A stretch of DNA of 64,000 nt from Verrucomicrobiota bacterium (GTDB lineage: Bacteria; Verrucomicrobiota; Kiritimatiellia; RFP12; UBA1067): assembly GCA_050874585.1 (NCBI GenBank), contig JBNMKZ010000003.1, positions 12,474-76,473 of the forward strand, read 5' to 3'. This document shows, in pieces, positions 54,438 to 62,400 of the stretch. The notes beneath the pieces are model-generated. The model was not told where the DNA came from and ran no database searches. It saw nothing but the letters and a program-made list of their open reading frames with translations. Every line of letters starts with the position of its first letter. The first letter of the stretch is position 1. Position numbers and translations under genes: made by a program.

Positions 54438-56415
54438 ATTTCTTGAGATCACCGCCGCATCCGGCGGGAAGAGGCCGAGCGTGAAGGGACTCGCCTATTC
54501 GGGCGGGAAGATGCGACTCTTCGGCTGGTCTCGCCCCGTCGTGGTGGACATGGCGGGGATGAACATACCCGAGTCGGTGCCCTTGCTCACCAACCACGTG
54601 AACGACACGCTTTGCCGCGTCGGGGTGGTGACGGCGACCAAGGGTGCCGAGGGGCTCGAGATCGCGGGCGAGATCGTCGCAGAGGGGGAGGAGGCCGAGA
54701 ACATCGTCGCGCAGGGCAGGACCGGCGCGGACTGGCAGCTCTCCATCGGCGCGGAGGTCGAGGCCGCTGAACTCGTCCAGGAGGGGAAGCGCACGATCAA
54801 CGGGATCGAACACGATGCTCCCTTCTACCATGTCACGAAGTCAACCCTCCGCGAGGTGTCCGTGGTCGCGGTGGGGGCCGACAAGGCAACTCACATGAAG
54901 GTCACGGCAAAACTCGAACTGAAAGGCAATTCCATCATGGAACCCCAGAAGAAAGAAACTGCGGCAGCTCCCAAGGTTGAGGCCGCCGCTCCCTTAAACA
55001 CGCCCGCAGCCCCCGCCGCACCGGCGAGGGTCGAGGCGGCCGCCGCTCCCTTAAACACGCCCGCCTCGCCCGCCGTGGACGCGAAGGCCATCGCCCAGGA
55101 GGCGATCAAGGCCGAGCGCGACCGCGTGAACATGGTCAAGTCCGTGTGTAACAGCGAGTTTCCGGAGATCGAGGCGAAGGCCATCTCCGAGGGCTGGGGC
55201 AAGAACCAGGTGAACGAGGCGGTGCTGGCGGCGTTCCGCGCCAAGCAGCCCACCACCGACGTCAACATCACCATCAAGAAGGAGAACGCGATGACCGCGA
55301 AGCGACTCGAAGCCGCGCTTTCCCTCCGCGCCGGCATCAGCGGCGACAAGCTCGTGAAGGACATGGGCGAGGAGACCGTCGAGGCGGCGATGAAGGACGC
55401 GGACATGCCGCTCGCCGGCATCCTCGGCGAGTGCATGAGGATCGAGGGCATGAGCGTCCCCCGCACGTTCGACAACCAGGCGATCAAGGCGGCGTTCTCG
55501 ACCGTCTCGCTCCCCGGCATCCTCTCGAACGTTGCAAACAAGAAGCTCATGCAGGCGTATGAGGCGCAGCCCATCATCGCCACGAAACTCTGCACGACGG
55601 GCGACCTCTCCGACTTCAAGGAGAACGACCGCTTCCGCCTCACCGACATCGGCGACCTGAAGCCCATCGGCGCGGACGGCGAGATCAAGGACGGGGCTCT
55701 TTCCGAGGAATCGGCGAAGAACCAGCTCGAGACCTACGCCAAGAAGTTCTGCCTCACGCGCAAGATGATCATCAACGACGATCTCGGCGCGTTCCTCAAG
55801 GTGCCGACGGCGATGGGCAACCGCGCCGCCCGCCTCGTGGACCAGCTCTTCTTCAAGCGCCTCATGGCGAACCCGACGGGCGTGGACGGCAAGGCGCTCT
55901 TCTCGGCGGCGCACAAGAACCTCCTCTCCGGGGCGAACTCGGCCCTCTCGGCGGACTCGCTCAAGAAGGCGATCCAGCTCTTCACCGACCAGGTGGACTC
56001 GGACGGCCAGCCGATCAACGTGGAGCCCTCGATCCTGCTCGTCCCGACCTCGCTCAAATTCCTCGCGGCGGAGCTGACGCAGGGCACGACCCTCGTCATG
56101 TCCGGCGGCGCGGACAACGTGGTCAGGCCGGCGATCAACGTCCTCGCCGACCAGAACCTGCAGATCGTCTCGAGCCCGTACCTCTCGAACTCGAAGTACG
56201 CAGGCTCATCCGAGGCGTCGTGGTACCTCTTCGGCAAGCCGGGCGTCGTGGACACCTTTGAGATCGGATACCTCAAGGGCAAGCGCACCCCAACCGTCGA
56301 GCGCGGCGACCTGGACTTCAACGTCCTCGGCATCTGGTTCCGCGTGTTCTTCGACATCGGCATCCGCGAGCAGGATCATCGCGGCATGGTCAAGGCGACG
56401 GGCGCGGCCGCGTAA
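54421..56415 (+). CDS. Prohead protease - linker - major capsid protein fusion
   Basis: N-terminal ~165 aa is prohead-protease-like. An Ala/Pro linker carries a duplicated 'AAAPLNTPA' unit. The C-terminal ~330 aa is HK97-fold MCP-like ('WYLFGKPGVVDTFEIGYLKG...VFFDIG'). Confidence 0.75.
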   Translation: MKTTSEFLEITAASGGKRPSVKGLAYSGGKMRLFGWSRPVVVDMAGMNIPESVPLLTNHVNDTLCRVGVVTATKGAEGLEIAGEIVAEGEEAENIVAQGRTGADWQLSIGAEVEAAELVQEGKRTINGIEHDAPFYHVTKSTLREVSVVAVGADKATHMKVTAKLELKGNSIMEPQKKETAAAPKVEAAAPLNTPAAPAAPARVEAAAAPLNTPASPAVDAKAIAQEAIKAERDRVNMVKSVCNSEFPEIEAKAISEGWGKNQVNEAVLAAFRAKQPTTDVNITIKKENAMTAKRLEAALSLRAGISGDKLVKDMGEETVEAAMKDADMPLAGILGECMRIEGMSVPRTFDNQAIKAAFSTVSLPGILSNVANKKLMQAYEAQPIIATKLCTTGDLSDFKENDRFRLTDIGDLKPIGADGEIKDGALSEESAKNQLETYAKKFCLTRKMIINDDLGAFLKVPTAMGNRAARLVDQLFFKRLMANPTGVDGKALFSAAHKNLLSGANSALSADSLKKAIQLFTDQVDSDGQPINVEPSILLVPTSLKFLAAELTQGTTLVMSGGADNVVRPAINVLADQNLQIVSSPYLSNSKYAGSSEASWYLFGKPGVVDTFEIGYLKGKRTPTVERGDLDFNVLGIWFRVFFDIGIREQDHRGMVKATGAAA

Positions 56416-56432
56416 CCGAAGCCACACGGCTT

Positions 56433-56481
56433 GCGGCGCGACACGGGGTTCTTAGTTGTTTCCTCCCCCGTGCCGCGCCGC
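56433..56481 (+). terminator. Strong GC hairpin after the capsid gene (attenuator or terminator, no clear T-run)
   Basis: gcggcgcgacacgggg / ccccgtgccgcgccgc, 15/16 complementary, with a 17-nt loop. Confidence 0.45.
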
Positions 56482-56518
56482 TAACTTTCACACATCGCAA
56501 GAGAAAGGTTCAATCATC

Positions 56519-56857
56519 ATGAAGGCACGTTATGTTCAGCGCGGCGAGTCCATCGACTATACCCCCACGCCCACGGAAGCCGTCGCCGCTGGCGACATCG
56601 TGAAGCTCGGCAACCTCGTGGGCGTCGCGAAGCTCGACATCAAGCCGGGGGAGCTCGGTTCCCTCGCCCTCGTTGGCGTCTACGAGATCGCGACGAGCGG
56701 CACCGCCATTGAGGCGGGCGCACTCGTCTTCGTCGATCCGGCGACGGGCAAAACCTGCGCCGAGTCGGCGCCGGGCGCGGTCAAGTTCGGCCATGCGGTC
56801 GCCGCCGCGGGCACCACGGACGCGCTCGTCAACGTCCGTCTCGAGCAGGGCTTGTAA
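56519..56857 (+). CDS. DUF2190-family head decoration-like protein
   Basis: 'YVQRGESIDYTPT...VAAGDIVKLGNLVGVAKLDIKPGELGSLALVGVYE'. 112 aa. Confidence 0.65.
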   Translation: MKARYVQRGESIDYTPTPTEAVAAGDIVKLGNLVGVAKLDIKPGELGSLALVGVYEIATSGTAIEAGALVFVDPATGKTCAESAPGAVKFGHAVAAAGTTDALVNVRLEQGL

Positions 56858-56860
56858 GCC

Positions 56861-57205
56861 ATGATCCGAAGGGGTCTCGCCGCCCTCCGGCTGATGCAGT
56901 ACGAAGTCCTCGCGGACGACGTGACGTACAGCCGAGACGGCGCGGCGAAGGCGGTGAAGGCGATTGTCGGGCGGACGGTGTTCCGCTCGACCAACGACAG
57001 CGGGCATTGGACTCGCACCGAGACGCGGGACTTCATCATCCGCCCGGACGAACTCGGGCTCGTCCCCGAAAAGGGCGACGTGATCCGGTTCGACGGCGGC
57101 GAGTACGAAGTCCTCGCGCCGAACGGGGAGCCGGTGTGGAGGTGGAGCGATCCCCACCGCACGGCGATGCGAATCCACGCCAAGCACACGGGAGGCGACG
57201 AATGA
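56861..57205 (+). CDS. Head-tail connector/adaptor protein (putative)
   Basis: Position and size. 'GDVIRFDGGEYEVLAPNGEP' is typical of head-tail joining proteins. Confidence 0.5.
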   Translation: MIRRGLAALRLMQYEVLADDVTYSRDGAAKAVKAIVGRTVFRSTNDSGHWTRTETRDFIIRPDELGLVPEKGDVIRFDGGEYEVLAPNGEPVWRWSDPHRTAMRIHAKHTGGDE

Positions 57206-57465
57206 GCCAGGAACAGCAGAAGCAAGAGATGCCGCCGGGATTCCCGGAACTCTGGGAGAACGTCACGCACTCGCGGATGGACATCGCGGAGCTGAAGGGG
57301 ATGATCAAGATGCACTTCAAGGACGGCGTACACCACCAGCCGCCGTGCGCGACTGCGGCGGGGCTTCAGAAGACGCTCTACACCGCGATGGGCGCGGCGA
57401 TCATCTCGCTGCTCTCGGCGGTCGGCTGCCTCGTCCTCGAACTCGTGAGGTACGCGCATGGATGA
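57202..57465 (+). CDS. Small C-terminally anchored membrane protein
   Basis: ATGA overlap, 'gggagg' RBS, C-terminal TM 'AAIISLLSAVGCLVLELV'. Confidence 0.45.
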   Translation: MSQEQQKQEMPPGFPELWENVTHSRMDIAELKGMIKMHFKDGVHHQPPCATAAGLQKTLYTAMGAAIISLLSAVGCLVLELVRYAHG

Positions 57466-57859
57466 CATCATTGAGCTTGCGGAGGGCGTCGCCGAATCGC
57501 TCGGCGAGGGTGCGGAGGTCTCCTTCGCGCCCGAATTCGACCTCAAGAGCCTCAAGACGAAGAAGCTCGTCGTGGTGCCCGTCGGGATCGAGTCGAAGCC
57601 GAACGCCCGCGACTACCTCGAGGACAGGTACAAGGTGCAGGTGGGGCTTCTCAAGAAGTGTACCGAGGACGACGTTCCGGACCTTGTCCGCGAGGTCGTC
57701 CGGATAGGACGCTCCTTCCTGCAGAAGTACGTCTGCGGGCTCCGCTGCATGAAGACCGAGTACGTTCCGCTCTTCTCGCCCGAACACCTCCGGGAGCGGA
57801 GGCAGTTCACGGGCGTTGTCGAACTCACGTTCCTCACGGTGCATCGCAATGAACCATGA
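57458..57859 (+). CDS. Hypothetical head-tail module protein
   Basis: 133-aa ORF in operon context. No recognised motif. Confidence 0.45.
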   Translation: MDDIIELAEGVAESLGEGAEVSFAPEFDLKSLKTKKLVVVPVGIESKPNARDYLEDRYKVQVGLLKKCTEDDVPDLVREVVRIGRSFLQKYVCGLRCMKTEYVPLFSPEHLRERRQFTGVVELTFLTVHRNEP

Positions 57860-58232
57860 GGTCGAGTTCGATGCGGACGGCCTCGTCGCGAAGGCGGCGA
57901 AGGCGAGTGTGGAAGTGCTACGGCGCATGGGCGCTTATGTGCGACGAGTCGCGCAGGGCAAGGTGCGCCAGAGCACTCGCCCGTCTTCTCCCGGATCGCC
58001 TCCGCATACGCGTCGAGGCGCTCTGAAGAGGGGCGTCCTCTTCGGCGTGGACAAGCGGCGGCAGTCGGTGCTGATCGGCCCCGGCTTCCGGTTCGTCGGA
58101 ACCTTGATGCAGGCGCACGAGTTCGGCGGCGGCTACAAGAAGGAGCGCTATCCGAAACGACCTCTCATGGGGCCGTCCTTAAGGGAATCCGCGCCCCACC
58201 TCGCGAAGATGTGGGAAAACGCGGTCAAGTGA
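57849..58232 (+). CDS. HK97 gp10-like tail-attachment/neck protein
   Basis: 'SSPGSPPHTRRGALKRGV...VLIGPG...AHEFGG' resembles the HK97 gp10 family. Confidence 0.55.
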   Translation: MNHEVEFDADGLVAKAAKASVEVLRRMGAYVRRVAQGKVRQSTRPSSPGSPPHTRRGALKRGVLFGVDKRRQSVLIGPGFRFVGTLMQAHEFGGGYKKERYPKRPLMGPSLRESAPHLAKMWENAVK

Positions 58233-58254
58233 ATCACAACAGGAGTAATTCGTT

Positions 58255-58683
58255 ATGGCAGGAGAAGCAAAGAGCTACACGCTCGGCCTTGAGGCCAAGC
58301 TCTTCTACGGCGCGGCGGGCGCAACCGCTGCGACCGAGATGAAGAACGTCAAGGACGTGACGCTCAACATGGAAACCGGCGAGGCGGACGTCACGACACG
58401 CGCCGCCGAGGGCTGGCGACTGACGGCGGCCACCTTGAAGGAGGCGTCCGTCGAGTTCGAGATGGTGTGGGACCCGAACGACGGCGGGTTCTCGGCGATC
58501 AAGGAGGCCTACTTCAAGGCCGAACCTCTCGCGCTGTTCGTCTCGGACGGCAACGAGAAGGGCCTCGACGCCGACTTTGTCGTGACGTCGTTCAGCCGTT
58601 CCGAGCCGCTGGAGGAGGCGCTGACCGTCTCGGTCACGTGCAAGCCGACGCTCGTGAACCGCGCCCCGACGTGGAAGGGCTAA
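58255..58683 (+). CDS. Major tail (tube) protein
   Basis: 142 aa. 'KLFYGAAGATAATEMKNVKDVTLNMETGEADVTTR' is typical of phage tail-tube proteins. Directly upstream of the chaperone and TMP. Confidence 0.7.
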   Translation: MAGEAKSYTLGLEAKLFYGAAGATAATEMKNVKDVTLNMETGEADVTTRAAEGWRLTAATLKEASVEFEMVWDPNDGGFSAIKEAYFKAEPLALFVSDGNEKGLDADFVVTSFSRSEPLEEALTVSVTCKPTLVNRAPTWKG

Positions 58684-58699
58684 ACCGCCTTGTCTTGTG

Positions 58700-58720
58700 C
58701 CGCGCCACACTGTGGCGCGG
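58700..58720 (+). promoter_or_regulatory. 10-bp perfect hairpin after the tail-tube gene
   Basis: ccgcgccaca / tgtggcgcgg around position 58710. No T-run. Confidence 0.35.
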
Positions 58721-58753
58721 TGCAGGACGGGCTAACGGAGAAAGGAAAGAGCA

Positions 58754-59233
58754 GTGCAGAATTTCAAGGACAGGGACGGCCGCGAGTGGCAGGTCGTCCT
58801 CAACGTGTTTCAGATGAAGCGCGTCCGCGCCGCGCTCGGAGTCGATCTCATCAACGTGATCGAACTTGACAAGGACGGCCAGGTGCGCGTCGACATGATC
58901 GACAGGATCGCGAACGACCCGTGTCTTTTGGTCGACATCCTCTGGGTTCTCGTCCAGGATCAGGCGCGAACGCTCAACGTCACCGACGAGCAGTTCGGAA
59001 CCGCCCTCGCGGGCGACGCAATCGAGGCGGCGACAAAGGCGTTCCTCGACGAACTCGTCGATTTTTTCCCCGGCGCGAAGCGCCTCTTCCTGCAGAAGGC
59101 GGTCGGCCTCGCGAGGAAGTTCGGCGGGGAGTGGAACGAGGCGCTGGAGAAGGCGCTCGAAGATCCCGAACTCGAAAAGCGCGTAAGGGAATCGATGAGC
59201 TCGTCTACGAGTTCGCCGGCATCCTCGGTCTGA
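58754..59233 (+). CDS. Tail assembly chaperone (G-like)
   Basis: GTG start after 'ggagaaaggaaag'. 159 aa. Located immediately upstream of the TMP. Confidence 0.65.
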   Translation: MQNFKDRDGREWQVVLNVFQMKRVRAALGVDLINVIELDKDGQVRVDMIDRIANDPCLLVDILWVLVQDQARTLNVTDEQFGTALAGDAIEAATKAFLDELVDFFPGAKRLFLQKAVGLARKFGGEWNEALEKALEDPELEKRVRESMSSSTSSPASSV

Positions 59234-59472
59234 ACCCCGACCCGTTCACCCTCCGGGAACTCGTGTGGATGGTCGAGGGCAAGGGCAGGTTCGACTGGGC
59301 GCAGACCTCGTCGCTCATGGCCCTTGCCGTCAATCTCATGCGAGACCCGAAGAAGGGGAAGGCGGTCAGTCCCAACGACTTCAACCCGTTCGCGGAGAAG
59401 CCGCAGAAGATCGTCCTCAAGGGCGCGGAAATGCTCGACGCCCTCAAAGCAGCGTTCATCAGAAAAAGGTAA
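58754..59472 (+). CDS. Tail assembly chaperone frameshift product (GT-like, predicted -1 shift)
   Basis: The -1 frame is open from 58921 to 59472 and becomes protein-like at 'IDELVYEFAGILGLNPDPFTLRELVWMVEGKGRFDW'. The candidate slip site C-GAA-AAG is at 59173-59179. Confidence 0.5.
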
Positions 59473-59478
59473 ACCGTC

Positions 59479-62400
59479 ATGTCAGCCAACGCCAACATCC
59501 GCGCCGGACGCGCCTACGTCGAGGTGACTGCCGAGACTTCCAAGTTGAAGCAGAACCTCAACGCGGCGCAGTCTCAGCTCCGTGACTTCGGGAAGGCGTG
59601 TCAGGGGCTTGGGCGTGACATGATGGCCTTGGGTGGCGCACTCTCGTTGCCGTTCATCCTCGCGGAGCGATCCTTCGCGGGATTCGACGACAAGATGCGG
59701 CTCGTCCAGGCCGTCACGTCCTCGACGGGAGACCAGTTCACAGAGCTCACCAAGACCGCGCAGCGTCTCGGACGCGAGACCTCGTTCACCGCCCAGCAGG
59801 TGGCGGACGCGATGATCGGCCTTGGACGAATGGGCTTCAATCCTTCCGAGATCGTCTCGGCGATTGACAGCGTCCTGAACCTCTCCCGTGCGACGGGAAC
59901 CGACCTTTCGGAAGCCGCCGACATCGCGGCGAACTCGCTCCGCATCTTCGGGCTGGAGGCCGGAAAGATGTCGCAGGTGGCGGACGTCCTCACGGCGACC
60001 GCGAACGGATCGGCGCAGACCCTGACGGATCTCTTCGAGGGCCTCAAGATGGCGGCTCCGCAGGCGGCGTCCTGCGGCGAGTCCATCGAGGAGACGTGCG
60101 CCGCCCTCGGCGTGATGGCCAACATGGGCATCAAGGGTTCCCTCGCGGGCACCGCGCTCCGCAAGGCGTTCGTGCAGTTCGCCGACACGAAGGTGCAGGC
60201 GATTCTCCGCGAGGTCGGCGTGGAGTCCGTCGATGCGTCCGGCAACCTCCGTAAGATGGCGGCGGTGATGCGAGACATCGCGGTCGCCACCGCGAAGATG
60301 CCGACAGCCGAGCGGCTCTCGTTCATGAAGGACGTCTTCGACGTCCGAGGCATGATGTCGGGAATCTCGCTTTCCGGCAACATCGACGAGATGGACAAGT
60401 TCCTCGCCCGCCTCAAGGACGTGACGGGGACGGCCGACGAGACGGCCCGTGCGATGGACCGCGGGATCGGCGGCTCGTTCCGTCTCTTCCAGAGCGCGGT
60501 CGAAGGGACGATGAACGCCGTCGGCGAGGCGCTGACGGAAACCTTGAAGCCGATGACCGACGACGTGACGGCGGTCATCAACACCTTCACCAAGTGGGTG
60601 GAGGCAAACCGTGGACTCGTCACTTCGGTTGCGGCGACCGTCGCCAGCGTCGCCGCCCTCGGCGGAGCGCTCTTCGTCCTCGGCACGACCTCGCGTGTGC
60701 TTGGGGTTGGGGTCGGGGTCGTCTCGAAGGCCGTCACCGGTGTGACGGGACTCTTCGGGCTTCTCGCCAAGAAGGGAATCGTCGCCTCCAACGCCTTCTC
60801 GCTGATGGCGCGGGCGTTCGCGGACTACCGCAACGCCTCCGTTCCGGCGCTCGTGGGGACGAGCAAGCTACTGGCGGCCCTGAACCTGCCGATTGACTCG
60901 CGGGCGAAGCAGATCGCGGCGAACCTCGTCCTCATGTCGAACGCCGAGACAGCGGCGGTCGCCAAGTCGGCGATTGCCGCGAAGTTCGCATCCTTCGAGG
61001 CGGCATTGAAGCGGATCAACGTGGCGACCGTGACTGCGACGGTGTCCGCGAAGCTGCACGGGATCGCGCTTGCGAAGGCGGCGGTCGCCGCGAAGTTCGA
61101 CGGGATGATCGCCGGAATCCGGGGGCTCATCGCCTCCACGGTCGCCGCGACCGTGTCGGCGAAGCTCCACGGACTCGCCCTGGCGCGGACGGCGATGGCA
61201 GCCAAGTTCGACGGGATGATTGCGGCACTCCGCAACCTGAACGTGACGACTGCCGCTGCCACGATCTCGGCGAAGATGCACACGGCGGCGGTCGCCAAGA
61301 CCGCAGTCGCCGCCAAGTTCGGCGGGATGCTTGCCGCCCTGAAAGGAGTGAATGCTGCCACGGTGGCGGCTACGGTGTCCGCCAAGCTGCACACGCTTGC
61401 CGTCGCCAAGACCGGTGTTGCCGCCAAGTTCGGCGCGATGCTGACGGCCCTTAAGGGAGTCAACGCCGCGACCATAGCGGCTACGGTCTCGGCGAAGATG
61501 CACACGGTTGCGGTCGCCAAGACCGCACTCGCGGCGAAGTTCTCCGGCATGGTCAACGCGCTCCGGGGCGTGAACGCCGCGACCATCGCGGCGACGGTCT
61601 CCGCGAAGCTGCACACGGCGGCTGTCGCCAAGACTGCCGTCGCGGCCCGGTTCGGGTCGATGGTCGCGGCCTTGAAGGGCGTGAACGCGGCGACGGTCAC
61701 GGCGACGGCATCGGCGAACGCGCACACGCTTGCCGTCGGTCGGACGTCCGTAGCCGCCAGGTTCGGCTCGATGCTGGTACAGCTGAAGGGCGTGAACCTC
61801 GCCACCGTTGCGGCGGCGGCATCTGCCAGGCTGCACGGCCTCACCCTCGCCAAGTCTGCGGCGGCGGGGAAGTTCGGCGGGCTCGTCAACTCCCTCAAGG
61901 GGGTGAACTTCGCCACCGTAGCCGCCACGCTCTCGGCGAAACTGCACGGGATCGCGGTCGCGAAGTCGGCGGTCGCCGCCAAGTTCGACGGCATGATCTC
62001 CGCTCTGAAGGGGGTGAACGCGGCGACGGTCACGGCGGCGATTTCGGCGCGGCTGCACACGGCGGCTGTCGCCAAGACGGCGATTGCGGCGAAATTCGAC
62101 GGCATGGTGTCCGCCCTCCGGGGCGTGAACCTCGCCACGATAGCGGCAACGATCTCGGCGAAGCTCCATGCGGTTGCGGTCGCGAAGACGGCGATTGCGG
62201 CGAAGTTCGAGGGCATGATTGCATCGCTCAAGGGCGTGAACCTTGCGACGGTCGCCGCGACGCTTTCTGCGAACCTTCACACGGCTGCGGTCGCGAAGAC
62301 GGCGGTGGCGGCGCGGTTCGAGGGACTCATTTCCTCGATCCGAAGCCTGAATCTCCAGACGATAGCGGCGACGCTGTCGGCGAAGATGCACACGCTGGCG

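Noticed and set aside
59062-59068. A canonical U-UUU-UUC slippery heptamer in the tail chaperone gene as the G/GT shift site.
   Set aside because: Shifting there replaces ~45 aa of good-looking zero-frame sequence with Arg-rich sequence. The -1 frame only looks genuine from ~59190. The site is kept as a secondary candidate in the finding.
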